Shown piece after piece: positions 35,341-44,938 of a stretch of 58,764 nt of DNA. The notes under the pieces were generated by a model, which saw only the letters and a program-made list of their open reading frames with translations, searched no databases and was not told the origin of the DNA. The DNA is taken from NCBI GenBank assembly GCA_016198415.1, contig JACQIO010000013.1:1-58764 (forward strand). The letters run 5' to 3'. Made by a program: the position numbers and the translations under genes. Position 1 is the stretch's first letter. Each line of letters opens with the position of its first letter. This stretch comes from Candidatus Berkelbacteria bacterium. GTDB taxonomy: Bacteria > Patescibacteriota > UBA1384 > JACPKC01.

Positions 35341-37884
35341 ATGCCAGACGATACCACCCCGCAACCAGCCACTGACGCCAACATCGGCCACATCGAGCCG
35401 CGTTCCATTAGCGAGGAGATGAGCGAAAGCTATCTCAACTACGCCATGACGGTGATCATCTCGCGAGCGCTTCCGGACATCCGGGATGGCCTGAAGCCGG
35501 TGCACCGGCGCGTCCTGTATGCCATGCACCAGATGGGCATGCGCTCGCGATCCAAGCACGTGAAGTCGGCCAAGATCGTCGGTGAAGTGCTCGGGAAGTT
35601 CCACCCGCACAGCGACCAGGCGGCCTACGATACGTTGGCGCGGATGGCCCAGGACTTCTCGATGCGCTACCTGCTCGTTGACGGCCAGGGGAACTTTGGC
35701 TCGATGGACGGCGACGCGCCAGCGGCGATGCGCTACACCGAGGCGCGCCCGACGGCGCTGGCCGAAGAGCTCCTTGCCGATATTGAAAAAGAGACCGTCG
35801 AGTTCATGCCCAACTACGACACGAGCACCGTGGAGCCCAAGTACCTCCCGGCCAAAGTGCCCAACCTCCTGCTGAACGGCGCGCTCGGGATTGCGGTTGG
35901 CATGGCCACGAGCATCCCGCCGCACAACCTGCGGGAAGTCGTGGCTGCCACCAAGGCTCAGATCGACAATCCCGATATCACGGTGGATGAGCTGATGACC
36001 CACCTGCCTGGGCCAGACTTCCCAACCGGCGCCATCATCTACAACACCGAGGACATCAAAGTCGCCTACGCCACTGGCAAGGGCAGCATCGTCATGCGGG
36101 CCGTGGCGACCATCGAAGAAAAGAAGACGGGCAGTCACCAGATTGTCGTGACCGCGATCCCGTATCAAGTGAACAAGGCGGATCTGGTGGCCAAGATCGC
36201 CGACCTCGTCAAGGCAAAAAGGCTCGAAGGGATTAGCGATCTGCGCGATGAATCGGACCGGAGCGACGCCGTCCGGATTGTGATTGAGCTCAAGCCAACG
36301 GCGTATCCCAAGAAGGTGCTCAATCGGCTCTTTGAGCTGACGGCGATGCAGACCTCGTTCCACGTCAACATGCTGGCGATCGTCGATGGCATTCAGCCCC
36401 GGATTCTGTCCATCCACGACGTCCTCGGTGAGTTCATTCGGCATCGGGTCGAGGTCGTCCGGCGCAGGACCACCTATGACCTGGCCCGCGCCGAGGCCAG
36501 ACTCCATATCCTCGAGGGGCTCCGGACCGCTCTGGACCACATCGATGCGATCATCACGCTCATCCGTGGCTCAGAGACCCGAGAAGAAGCCCACGCTGGA
36601 CTCTGTAGCGCGTACTCCCTGTCCGATCTTCAGGCCTCGGCCATCCTCGAGATGCGACTCTCCGCGCTGGCCGGCCTGGAGCGCAAGAAGGTGCTCGATG
36701 AAATGACTGAGAAAGAGGCGCTCATTGCCGAGCTCAAGGGGATTTTAGCCTCACCCGAGAAAGTCCAAGCGATCATCAAGACCGAGCTCGACGAAGTGGC
36801 CGAGCAGCACGGTGATGATCGGCGGACCCAGATTATCCCAACGGCGCTCGGCTCGTTCAGCGCCGAGGATCTCATCCCAGACGAGCAGGTGGCGATTACG
36901 CTCACGAGCGGGAACTATATCAAGCGTGTCCCCGTCTCTGCCTACAAAGCGCAGCAACGTGGCGGCAAGGGCATCGTCGGCATGACGACCAAGGAAGAGG
37001 ACACGGTCGAGTTGCTCCGCGTCGCCAGCACCCATGACGACATCCTCTTCTTCACGTCAAAGGGACGACTCTTCAAGTCTAAGGTCTACGAACTCCCGGC
37101 GGCCTCGCGCCAAGCCAAGGGCACGCCGGTGGTCAACATCATTCAGCTCGCTCCCGAGGAAGCCGTCACCGAGATGATCACCCTGGCTGCCAAGCACCGA
37201 GACGGGCGCACGTACTTTTTCATGGGCACGCGGCAGGGAGTCGTCAAGAAGACCGAGATCGAGAAGTACCAGAACGTCCGGAGCTCCGGCATCATCGCGA
37301 TTGGCCTTAAGGACGATGACGCCCTCCACTGGGTCAAGCCGACCTCCGGCAACGACACCCTGATGATGGTCTCAAAAAATGGCCAAGCGATTCAGTTTCT
37401 TGAAACCGATGTCCGGCCAATGGGCCGGAGTGCCGCCGGCGTCCGCGGGATGCGTCTCCGGGCCGGCGATCACGTCATGGCGATGGATGTCATCCCAAGT
37501 CCCGAGGCCGATCTCCTCGTGGTGTTGGGCAAAGGCTTTGGCAAGCGGACCAAGTCCGAACACTTTGGGATTCAGAAGCGCGGTGGGATTGGGGTCCGGA
37601 CCGCCAAGGTGACGAGTCGGACGGGTGAGGTGATTGCGGCCCAGATCGTGGAGGGGGATGACGGTGACGTGGTCATGATCTCCGAGCAAGGGCAAACGAT
37701 TCGTCTGCCGCTCAAATCCGTCAAGCGCCTCGGTCGCGATACCCAAGGCGTGACCCTAATGCGGTTCAAGGATCCCGGCGATCGTGTCGCGTCGATGACG
37801 GTCTTCCGGAAGGACGAGGCGGACGAGGCCCCAGTCGAACCGCCACCAGCGCCCAAGAAGCCAGGTAAGGCTAAGGAAGCTTAG
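35341..37884 (+). CDS. gyrA: DNA gyrase subunit A
   Basis: [24 protein letters not shown] and [20 protein letters not shown] (QRDR region). Active-site region [10 protein letters not shown]-terminal beta-pinwheel repeats. Confidence 0.95.
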   Translation: MPDDTTPQPATDANIGHIEPRSISEEMSESYLNYAMTVIISRALPDIRDGLKPVHRRVLYAMHQMGMRSRSKHVKSAKIVGEVLGKFHPHSDQAAYDTLARMAQDFSMRYLLVDGQGNFGSMDGDAPAAMRYTEARPTALAEELLADIEKETVEFMPNYDTSTVEPKYLPAKVPNLLLNGALGIAVGMATSIPPHNLREVVAATKAQIDNPDITVDELMTHLPGPDFPTGAIIYNTEDIKVAYATGKGSIVMRAVATIEEKKTGSHQIVVTAIPYQVNKADLVAKIADLVKAKRLEGISDLRDESDRSDAVRIVIELKPTAYPKKVLNRLFELTAMQTSFHVNMLAIVDGIQPRILSIHDVLGEFIRHRVEVVRRRTTYDLARAEARLHILEGLRTALDHIDAIITLIRGSETREEAHAGLCSAYSLSDLQASAILEMRLSALAGLERKKVLDEMTEKEALIAELKGILASPEKVQAIIKTELDEVAEQHGDDRRTQIIPTALGSFSAEDLIPDEQVAITLTSGNYIKRVPVSAYKAQQRGGKGIVGMTTKEEDTVELLRVASTHDDILFFTSKGRLFKSKVYELPAASRQAKGTPVVNIIQLAPEEAVTEMITLAAKHRDGRTYFFMGTRQGVVKKTEIEKYQNVRSSGIIAIGLKDDDALHWVKPTSGNDTLMMVSKNGQAIQFLETDVRPMGRSAAGVRGMRLRAGDHVMAMDVIPSPEADLLVVLGKGFGKRTKSEHFGIQKRGGIGVRTAKVTSRTGEVIAAQIVEGDDGDVVMISEQGQTIRLPLKSVKRLGRDTQGVTLMRFKDPGDRVASMTVFRKDEADEAPVEPPPAPKKPGKAKEA

Positions 37885-37975
37885 ACTGTCAGGTACTCAG
37901 ATCGACTTTCTCCCGTTGCTCATGCCCCTAACTTCTAAAAGACCTGCTTCCTGTAAGCGATTGATCTCCAGCGCC

Positions 37976-38209
37976 TTACCGGCGCTTGAGGAGTGCTGAG
38001 AACTCCGCGAGCGTCAGCTCGGCCATCCGAAGGATTGAGCGCAAAGTGCCGGGCTTGAGGTCGCCCCGGTGCATGGGCACCGGTACAATCTTCCGGGTCA
38101 CAGGGTGACGAAGAATGAGATGGCTACCAGTCTGTCGTCGCTCCTCGAAGCCGAGTCGCTTAAGGATGGTGACCACGCGCGTGGGCGACACGACTGGGAG
38201 CCGAGGCAC
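37976..38209 (-). CDS. hicA: HicA-family mRNA interferase toxin
   Basis: 77 aa; ILKRLGFEERRQTGSHLILRHP is a typical HicA/YcfA motif. GTG start overlaps the hicB TAG stop by 1 nt. Confidence 0.8.
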   Translation of the reverse strand: MPRLPVVSPTRVVTILKRLGFEERRQTGSHLILRHPVTRKIVPVPMHRGDLKPGTLRSILRMAELTLAEFSALLKRR

Positions 38210-38451
38210 TACACCCTCACCTCAACATCGGTAATCGTTCGCTTGGGGGACTCGCTGGGAATTGGGTCGCCGTCTGCCTTGAGAACGGCAAGGTAGCCTT
38301 CGATGGCGTCCTTGGCCTGTAGGAGCGCGTCATCAAGAGACTCGCCCTGCGTGACACAGCCAGGGAGAGCGGGTACAGTTGCCACGTACCCGCCAGTCTC
38401 AGGTTCGACAAAGACCGTGTACCGTCTGACCCGTGCCTTCACTGCTGGCAT
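38209..38451 (-). CDS. hicB: HicB-family antitoxin (UPF0150 fold, no obvious DNA-binding domain)
   Basis: 80 aa from ATG 38451. YTVFVEPETGGYVATVPALPGCVTQGESLDDALLQAKDAIEGYL is a typical HicB N-domain. GAGGAG SD. Confidence 0.75.
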   Translation of the reverse strand: MPAVKARVRRYTVFVEPETGGYVATVPALPGCVTQGESLDDALLQAKDAIEGYLAVLKADGDPIPSESPKRTITDVEVRV

Positions 38452-38470
38452 GCGGCTCCTCTTCGGGGGA

Positions 38471-38499
38471 AGTATACGGTGGCCAGGTGAGCTTCGCAA
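38471..38499 (-). promoter_or_regulatory. Candidate hicBA promoter
   Basis: Minus strand: TTGCGA (38499-94), 17 nt spacer, TATACT (38476-71). Confidence 0.45.
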
Positions 38500-38568
38500 T
38501 GTCCTGTACGGGCTCAGACAAACCCTCAGGTGCACTGGCTCTAGAGTGCAGGACTCACCACCTCGGCT

Positions 38569-38597
38569 TTGATTGAACCCGAGAAAGCTGCTATACT
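38569..38597 (+). promoter_or_regulatory. Candidate infB promoter (near-leaderless)
   Basis: TTGATT (38569-74), 17 nt spacer, TATACT (38592-97). ATG at 38608. Confidence 0.5.
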
Positions 38598-38607
38598 CTC
38601 GGCCTAT

Positions 38608-40536
38608 ATGGCACGACACTCACGCAAGCGCAAACTGAGCAAGAAAGAGCTCAAGGCCAAGTCCAAGGTTGACGAGGCCGCCGAGCTCAAAGCCACCGAG
38701 GAAGCCAGCCGCGTCAAGGCGCGCGAGGTGGTGCCGGTTGCCTTGGGTGAGACAGTGACGGTTGCGGAGCTAGCCAAGCGCTCGGGCCGCTCGGCCGCTG
38801 AGATTGTGGGAGCGCTCCTCCAGAATGGCGTCATCGCCACCGTCAACGACTCAGTCGACCGGACGACGATTGAAATCATTGCTGACGAACTGGAGATCAG
38901 CGTCAACGCTGAAGAGGCCGTGGCGGCCGCTCACGTTGACGAGCTCGACGAGGCTGAGCAGGCACCTCGGCCACCCGTGGTGACGATCATGGGCCACGTT
39001 GCTCACGGGAAGACCACGCTCCTGGATGCGATTCGGCAGACGAATGTCGCCGGCGGTGAGTCGGGTGGCATTACCCAACACATCGGGGCCTATCAGGTGG
39101 AGGTCCGCCCGGACGCTGCGAAACCATCGAAAGCCCATCGACCAGCGAAGACCCCTCGACCACCCTCTGCCAAGCGGCTTCGGGGTGGCGCGCAAGCTCA
39201 GGCTGATTCTCCGACCCCTGGTCGAAGAATCACCTTCATTGACACCCCGGGCCACGAGGCCTTCTCGGCGCTTCGGGCCCACGGCGCCACCATTACCGAC
39301 ATCGCGATCCTGGTGGTGGCCGCCGATGACGGCGTCAAACCGCAGACCAAGGAAGCACTCTCACACGCTCGGGCAGCGGACGTCCCGGTCATTGTCGCCC
39401 TGACCAAAGTGGACAAGCCCGAGGCCCAGCTTGATCGAGTCAAGGGCGAGCTGGCCGAGCTTGGTCTCAATCCAGAAGACTGGGGTGGGAAGACGCCGGT
39501 CGTACCGGTTTCGGCCAAGACCGGCCAGGGCTTGAGCGACCTCCTCGAGACCGTGCTTCTGGTCGCCGACCTAGCAGGCCTGACCGCCAGGCCGGTGGGC
39601 CCGGCCCAGGGCGTGGTGATTGAGTCACACATGGAGCCGGGCGCCGGCCCCTTGGCGACCGTCCTCATCCAACAGGGTCAGCTCAGTCTCGGTGACGCGC
39701 TCGTGGCTGGTGAGGTCTATGGTCGGGTCCGCTTCATGGAGGACGACGCACGCCGTCGACTCGAGGTGGCCGGGCCGTCGACCCCAATCCGAATTGCTGG
39801 TTTGTCCGGGCCGGCCCTCTTTGGCACACACCTCGTGGCCGTGGCCAGTGAGAAGGTAGCCAGAGAAACGGCTCGCCATGCCTCAGGCGGACGCGCGCCG
39901 CGCGCTGCATCGGGCAGCGAGGAGGGCGGCCAGCGTCAGCTCTCGTTGATTGTGAAGGGTGACGTGGGCGGGTCACTCAAGGCGATCACCACCTCCGTGG
40001 AGGGGATTGAGGTGGAAGGCGTGGCGGTGACGGTCATTCACGACGGCGTGGGGGACTTAACGGAGTCTGATGTCCACCTCGCCATTGCGTCGGCGCACCC
40101 ACTCCTCCTGGCATTCCGGACCAACGTGACCGCCGCGGCCAAGAATTTGGCCAAGCTCCACGGCATCGAGATTCGCACCTTCGCGGTGATCTATGAACTC
40201 CTCGACCACGTCAAAGAGGTTGCTCAGGCGATGCGAGAGCGACGCGCGGTGGAGGTGGAGTTGGGACGACTCAAGGTGCTCAAGGTGTTTCTCAAGAAGA
40301 AGGATCGGGTGGTGGTTGGTGGCCGCATTGAATCCGGGGTGATGCGCCGGGGCAGCCAGGCCCGCATCCAGCGAGACGGCACTCCCATTGGCGAGGCCCC
40401 GCTCGTGACCGTTCAGCAGGGCCCAACCGAAGTCGGCGAGGTGGGACAAGGGGAAGAGTGTGGCCTGGCGCTGGCCACTGACCTTGAGATTCTCGAGGGA
40501 GACGTCATTATAGATACTGTCCAAGAGCTGCAGTAG
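38608..40536 (+). CDS. infB: Translation initiation factor IF-2 (short N-terminus, insertion in the G domain)
   Basis: VVTIMGHVAHGKTTLLD, ITFIDTPGHEAF and VALTKVDK (NKxD-like), plus C-terminal domains. Start at ATG 38608. Confidence 0.92.
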   Translation: MARHSRKRKLSKKELKAKSKVDEAAELKATEEASRVKAREVVPVALGETVTVAELAKRSGRSAAEIVGALLQNGVIATVNDSVDRTTIEIIADELEISVNAEEAVAAAHVDELDEAEQAPRPPVVTIMGHVAHGKTTLLDAIRQTNVAGGESGGITQHIGAYQVEVRPDAAKPSKAHRPAKTPRPPSAKRLRGGAQAQADSPTPGRRITFIDTPGHEAFSALRAHGATITDIAILVVAADDGVKPQTKEALSHARAADVPVIVALTKVDKPEAQLDRVKGELAELGLNPEDWGGKTPVVPVSAKTGQGLSDLLETVLLVADLAGLTARPVGPAQGVVIESHMEPGAGPLATVLIQQGQLSLGDALVAGEVYGRVRFMEDDARRRLEVAGPSTPIRIAGLSGPALFGTHLVAVASEKVARETARHASGGRAPRAASGSEEGGQRQLSLIVKGDVGGSLKAITTSVEGIEVEGVAVTVIHDGVGDLTESDVHLAIASAHPLLLAFRTNVTAAAKNLAKLHGIEIRTFAVIYELLDHVKEVAQAMRERRAVEVELGRLKVLKVFLKKKDRVVVGGRIESGVMRRGSQARIQRDGTPIGEAPLVTVQQGPTEVGEVGQGEECGLALATDLEILEGDVIIDTVQELQ

Positions 40537-40591
40537 AGGATGTCCTGAACGGCACGCAGAGTAACGGTGTCGAGGGCCTCAGGGAGGGGCG

Positions 40592-41407
40592 GTGAGTTCT
40601 CATCAGGTATTGGCTGGGCTGCAGGCGCAGGTGGATGCGCTGGCGGGAGCGTTCCAGCCGATTGGTTGGACCGATTTCCTCGACGTCCTCTTGGTCGCTG
40701 CCATCTTCTACGCGGTCTACATCCTCATTCGAGAAACTCGGGCGCTGCGGATCCTCTACGGCATCCTGTTCCTCGTCCTCGTCTACGTCGTGGCCCAGCT
40801 CATGAACTTAACGGCACTGACCTTCCTCCTGAGTTCCGTCTTCACCGTCACCCTGGTGGCGATCCCAATTGTCTTTCAACCAGAACTCCGGGCGGCGCTC
40901 GAGCGGATTGGCCGCGGCGAGTTAGTCTCCACCGTGCTCCACCGGAACGATAATCCAGCCGACGAAACCATCGACCACCTCGTCCGGGTGGTTGGACTCC
41001 TCACCGAGCGGCGAGTGGGCGCGCTCATGGTCATTGAGCGCGAAACCGGCTTGAAGGATCTGGCCTCGTCCGGCGTCCCGCTCAATGCCATCCTGACTCC
41101 AGAGACGCTCCTGACGATCTTTACGCCGCGGACGCCACTCCACGACGGGGCGGTCATCATTCGGGACAATCGGATCGTAGCGGCGAGTGTCTTTCTCCCG
41201 CTCTCCGACGACACCCATGACATCTCACTGGGCACTCGCCACCGGGCGGCAATTGGCGTGACCCGCGACTCAGACGCCGTGGTCATTGTGGTCTCAGAGG
41301 AGTCGGGCCGGGTGTCGGTGGCCCATCGGGGTAAACTCGAGCAGCTGCCTCCAGCCAAGCTGGGTCGCCGACTTGAGCAACTCTTACGGAAACGGAACGG
41401 GTCATGA
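40592..41407 (+). CDS. cdaA: Diadenylate cyclase CdaA (DisA_N domain, membrane-anchored)
   Basis: Three N-terminal TM helices. GALMVIERE, TPLHDGAVIIRDNRI, GTRHRAAIG and VVIVVSEESG. Confidence 0.87.
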   Translation: MSSHQVLAGLQAQVDALAGAFQPIGWTDFLDVLLVAAIFYAVYILIRETRALRILYGILFLVLVYVVAQLMNLTALTFLLSSVFTVTLVAIPIVFQPELRAALERIGRGELVSTVLHRNDNPADETIDHLVRVVGLLTERRVGALMVIERETGLKDLASSGVPLNAILTPETLLTIFTPRTPLHDGAVIIRDNRIVAASVFLPLSDDTHDISLGTRHRAAIGVTRDSDAVVIVVSEESGRVSVAHRGKLEQLPPAKLGRRLEQLLRKRNGS

Positions 41408-42618
41408 TTCGTTCGCTCTTCCTCAGTCACGGGCCCGCTAAGCTCCTCTCGATGATCCTCGCCATTGGCTTGTGGGGATTTCTCATTGCGAGTGAGCAGC
41501 GGGTGGGGACCTTCCCCGGTGGTGTGCCGATTGTGGTTGAGAACGTTCCCGCCGGCCTCGTGGCGATCCTGGATGAAGGCGAGGTCCGGGTTAGTCTCGT
41601 AGCCGAGCGGGCCGTTTGGCAGCGACTCAGCGTCGAGTCCTTTACGGCGGTGGTGGATGCCAGCGGGGCGACCCAGGGGGTGAGTGATCTCGATGTGCAG
41701 GTGCGCTCGAGCCTGCCAGAGGTCCAGATCACCCGGGTCGTTCCCAACCGAGTTTTGGTTCGGTTTGAGGCCGTCGCCTCCAAGCGCGTTCCCATCCGGG
41801 TTCAGTTAGATGGCCAGGCCGCCGAAGGGTTTGTCCCGGGCGATCCTGCGCTGGACCCGAGTGAGGTGACGATCCAGGGATCGTCCAGCCAACTGGATCT
41901 GGTGACTGAGGCGACCGTCCGGGTGACGTTGGCCGGTGAGCGGGACGAGCTGACGCAGCGTCTCAACCCCATCATTCTGGATGGTCGTGGCCAAGCTCAG
42001 TCACTCCGGACGGAGCCAGCCGAGGTGGCAGTCCGGGTGCCGATTGTCCGGGCCAGCAACGTCAAATCGCTGGGAGTCCTCCTCAAGACCACAGGGGCCA
42101 CCCCGCCCGGATTCAGTCTCAGCAAGGTGCAGCTGACACCCTCGGTGGTGGCGGTCACAGGACTTCCCCAGGTCCTCGCCTCGCTTGGCTCGATCGCGAC
42201 CGAACCCATTGAGCTCGGCAGCCTCACGAGCTCCCAAGATCTGACCGCCCCGCTCTCAGTGCCGGACGGAGTGCGGCTGGTTGATCTGCCTGAGGCGAGG
42301 GTGACGGTGTCGCTTGAGCTCACGGAGCTCTCAACCCAACGCGCGTTCCGCGTGCCACTGACACTGACGAGTCTGACCCCGGGGCTCGTCCTCGAGGAGC
42401 TCTCGCCCCTCGTGGCTGAGGTGCGGGTGGCTGGTCCGGCGCGTCAGGTTGCTGCGCTCACGGAACTCGAGCTTGCCATCACGCTCTCCGCGACCACCCT
42501 TAAGGCCACCGGCACCCACACCTTCCATCTTGAACCGAGTCTCGTCCGCGTGCCCGGAGGGATTGAGGTCTTGGCCATCACCCCCGGCACCGTGACGGTT
42601 CGACTGGGATCGTCATGA
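41404..42618 (+). CDS. cdaR: CdaR / YbbR-domain regulator of CdaA
   Basis: ATGA overlap with cdaA. N-terminal TM helix and repeated YbbR-like beta modules (V.V...N.P.GL..; V.V.G). Confidence 0.7.
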   Translation: MIRSLFLSHGPAKLLSMILAIGLWGFLIASEQRVGTFPGGVPIVVENVPAGLVAILDEGEVRVSLVAERAVWQRLSVESFTAVVDASGATQGVSDLDVQVRSSLPEVQITRVVPNRVLVRFEAVASKRVPIRVQLDGQAAEGFVPGDPALDPSEVTIQGSSSQLDLVTEATVRVTLAGERDELTQRLNPIILDGRGQAQSLRTEPAEVAVRVPIVRASNVKSLGVLLKTTGATPPGFSLSKVQLTPSVVAVTGLPQVLASLGSIATEPIELGSLTSSQDLTAPLSVPDGVRLVDLPEARVTVSLELTELSTQRAFRVPLTLTSLTPGLVLEELSPLVAEVRVAGPARQVAALTELELAITLSATTLKATGTHTFHLEPSLVRVPGGIEVLAITPGTVTVRLGSS

Positions 42619-42648
42619 TGTGGACAACCACGCACTCTGCCCTGGAAG

Positions 42649-43725
42649 TTGACCGCCCTGCCGAAAGGCGTAGACTACGCTGTGACTGATAAAGGAGGAC
42701 CTATTCAACGCCTCGTTGATTGGCTGCGCCGCGTGGTGCAGCGTAGCCACCTGTTGACGCGGGCCGATGGACGCGTGCTCGTAGCTGATCGGTATGTTGC
42801 GCTCCTAGGACTCAGCGCGCTCGTGGTCGGTTGGAACGTTGTGCAAGCCGATCAGCATCGCTTTGTGTTCGCCGCCACCACCCAGCCCCAGTTTGTGGCG
42901 GTTGACCCGAGTCGGGCGAATGCCGTTCTAGCGGCCATCGATGGCTACACCCCGATCCTGCATGAGAGCGCCGTTGATCTGGAGCTGGCACTGGCGCGCG
43001 AGGAGAACGCTGGTTTCCTAACGGCCTACGCCGCTGATGATCGGTTCCTGACCGAGGCCACCAAGCTGGAGGTGGCCTACACGGTGAAGGAGGGTGACAC
43101 GATCACCGGGATTGCGGATCAGTTTGGACTGCACGTGGCCACGATTGCCCAGCGGAACGAGATTGGTGTTGATGCCATCGAGCATCTCAAGCCTGGCCAA
43201 GAACTGATGATTCCGCCGGTTGACACGTCTGACTCAACTGAGTGGCTGGCCCAGTTGAACGAGAAGAAGGAGACCGAGCGCCAGAAAGCCCTCGCGGCTG
43301 CGGCGGCTCAGCGGACCAAGCTGGCTCGCACCACCACCCAGCGGGCGTCCGGGGGATTTTCCGGCTCGGTTGGGACGAGCTTGGTAGTGCCCATTAGTCA
43401 CAAGGGGATCTCGCGCGGTTTGTCTTCCTACCACATGGGCATCGACTATCGTGCCGACACCGGCACCGGCGTCCGGGCGGCCCAGGACGGACGCGTCATC
43501 GAGACAACCCACGGTTGGGCCGGAGGGTTTGGGGTCTCCATTCTCGTCGACCATGGCGGCGGGCTGACGACGCGTTACGCGCACTTATCACGCATTGCCG
43601 TCGAGCCCGGTGAGACCGTCGGTCAGGGACAGACGATTGGCTACTCTGGCAACACCGGCTACTCAACGGGACCGCACCTTCACTTTGAAACACGCAAGAA
43701 TGGCCGGGCCGTCAATCCGTTCTAA
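42649..43725 (+). CDS. LysM-domain M23 metallopeptidase
   Basis: LysM: YTVKEGDTITGIADQFGL...NEI. M23: HMGIDYRADTGTGV, GNTGYSTGPHLHFE. TTG start per the ORF track. Confidence 0.82.
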   Translation: MTALPKGVDYAVTDKGGPIQRLVDWLRRVVQRSHLLTRADGRVLVADRYVALLGLSALVVGWNVVQADQHRFVFAATTQPQFVAVDPSRANAVLAAIDGYTPILHESAVDLELALAREENAGFLTAYAADDRFLTEATKLEVAYTVKEGDTITGIADQFGLHVATIAQRNEIGVDAIEHLKPGQELMIPPVDTSDSTEWLAQLNEKKETERQKALAAAAAQRTKLARTTTQRASGGFSGSVGTSLVVPISHKGISRGLSSYHMGIDYRADTGTGVRAAQDGRVIETTHGWAGGFGVSILVDHGGGLTTRYAHLSRIAVEPGETVGQGQTIGYSGNTGYSTGPHLHFETRKNGRAVNPF

Positions 43726-43760
43726 GCGGTGAAGACCGCCTCGTGCTCCCGTAGGGATCC

Positions 43761-43769
43761 TGCTACACT
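43761..43769 (+). promoter_or_regulatory. Extended -10 (TGcTACACT) for a leaderless obg
   Basis: TACACT at 43764-69, ATG at 43778 (8 nt gap). Confidence 0.4.
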
Positions 43770-43777
43770 GTCTCCCG

Positions 43778-44779
43778 ATGTTTATTGACGAGGCTGAGAT
43801 TGTGGTGACGGCAGGCAAGGGTGGCGACGGGGTCGTCTCGTTCCGGCGCGAGAAGTTTGTCCCCAAGGGTGGTCCCGATGGCGGCGATGGCGGCGATGGC
43901 GGTCACGTCTTCCTCCGGGTCAAGGAGAATATTCACGGCCTCGCTGGCCTGGTGGCAACGCGGACGTACCGAGCCGAGGATGGTCAGCCTGGGCGCGGCA
44001 AGCAGCAGCACGGCCGGAACGGGCGTGACGTGACGATCGATCTGGCACCGGGCACGCTCGTCTACCGAGTTGCCGATACGGAGCGTCAGCTCCTCCTAGA
44101 CATGGCAGCGCACCGTGACGCAGCCATCCGGATTGCCCGTGGCGGCCGTGGCGGCCTGGGCAACGTCCACTTTGCCTCAGCCACCAACCAGACCCCGCGG
44201 GAGGCCACACCCGGCAAGCCCGGGGAGCAGTTGCGCCTGGCACTCGTGGTCCAGCACATTGCCGACATTGGCATCATCGGCCTGCCGAACGTGGGCAAGT
44301 CAACCTTCCTGGCCCGCGTCTCGGATGCCCGGCCCAAGGTGGCCAACTACCCCTTCACCACCCTGGAGCCAAACCTCGGGGTGGTCGAACACGCCGGCGC
44401 TCGTTTTGTGATGGCCGACATCCCTGGCCTTATCCGGGGAGCGGCGGAGGGCAAGGGGCTCGGTCACCAATTCCTCAAGCACATTGTGCGGACCAGCGCT
44501 CTGCTCCACCTGATTGACGCGCAGAGCCAAGACCCGTTGGCCGATTACCAGACGGTCCGGGCCGAGCTCGCGGCCTTTGACCCCGAGCTCTTGAATCGTC
44601 CCGAGCTCGTCGCCATTTCGCGGGTGGACACGCTCGATGAGCGTGCCCAGCGACGACTCTGGCAGACCGTCCGCGATCTCAAGCCCATCTTTCTGTCTGC
44701 CGCGACCGGTCGCGGTGTGTCGGACCTCCTGACGGCCCTGGCCTCTCTCGTCACCACGGGCGGAAGCACGAGCTCTTGA
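43778..44779 (+). CDS. obg: GTPase Obg/CgtA
   Basis: MFIDEAEI, Gly-rich GGPDGGDGGDGG, GLPNVGKST, DIPGLI. No C-terminal TIGR03595-type domain. Confidence 0.92.
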   Translation: MFIDEAEIVVTAGKGGDGVVSFRREKFVPKGGPDGGDGGDGGHVFLRVKENIHGLAGLVATRTYRAEDGQPGRGKQQHGRNGRDVTIDLAPGTLVYRVADTERQLLLDMAAHRDAAIRIARGGRGGLGNVHFASATNQTPREATPGKPGEQLRLALVVQHIADIGIIGLPNVGKSTFLARVSDARPKVANYPFTTLEPNLGVVEHAGARFVMADIPGLIRGAAEGKGLGHQFLKHIVRTSALLHLIDAQSQDPLADYQTVRAELAAFDPELLNRPELVAISRVDTLDERAQRRLWQTVRDLKPIFLSAATGRGVSDLLTALASLVTTGGSTSS

Positions 44780-44804
44780 CAGGCTCGGGGCCGGTTGGTA
44801 CGCT
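44776..44804 (+). promoter_or_regulatory. Candidate rpoBC promoter
   Basis: TTGACA (44776-81), 17 nt spacer, TACGCT (44799-804). Confidence 0.45.
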
Positions 44805-44938
44805 TACAACTGTACACACCGAGCAAGGGACGGAAAGAGGCAGTGGTCACACCCGTGTCCAGCAATTTGTAACTGGGCAGCCAAGCCTGTACGGGCGTTT
44901 TTTGCGTAGAGTAGCCAGCTCGTAGCGAGAGGAGCAGC

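Noticed and set aside
43861-43905. Tandem GATGGCGGC repeats, and the duplicated GGTGGTGAGGCGCAACG at 22865 and 23884, as possible CRISPR or repeat arrays
   Set aside because: The first encodes the conserved Gly-rich GGPDGGDGGDGG segment of Obg. The second is the [11 protein letters not shown] signature present once in each UvrA ATPase module. No spacer-repeat architecture exists anywhere in the window.
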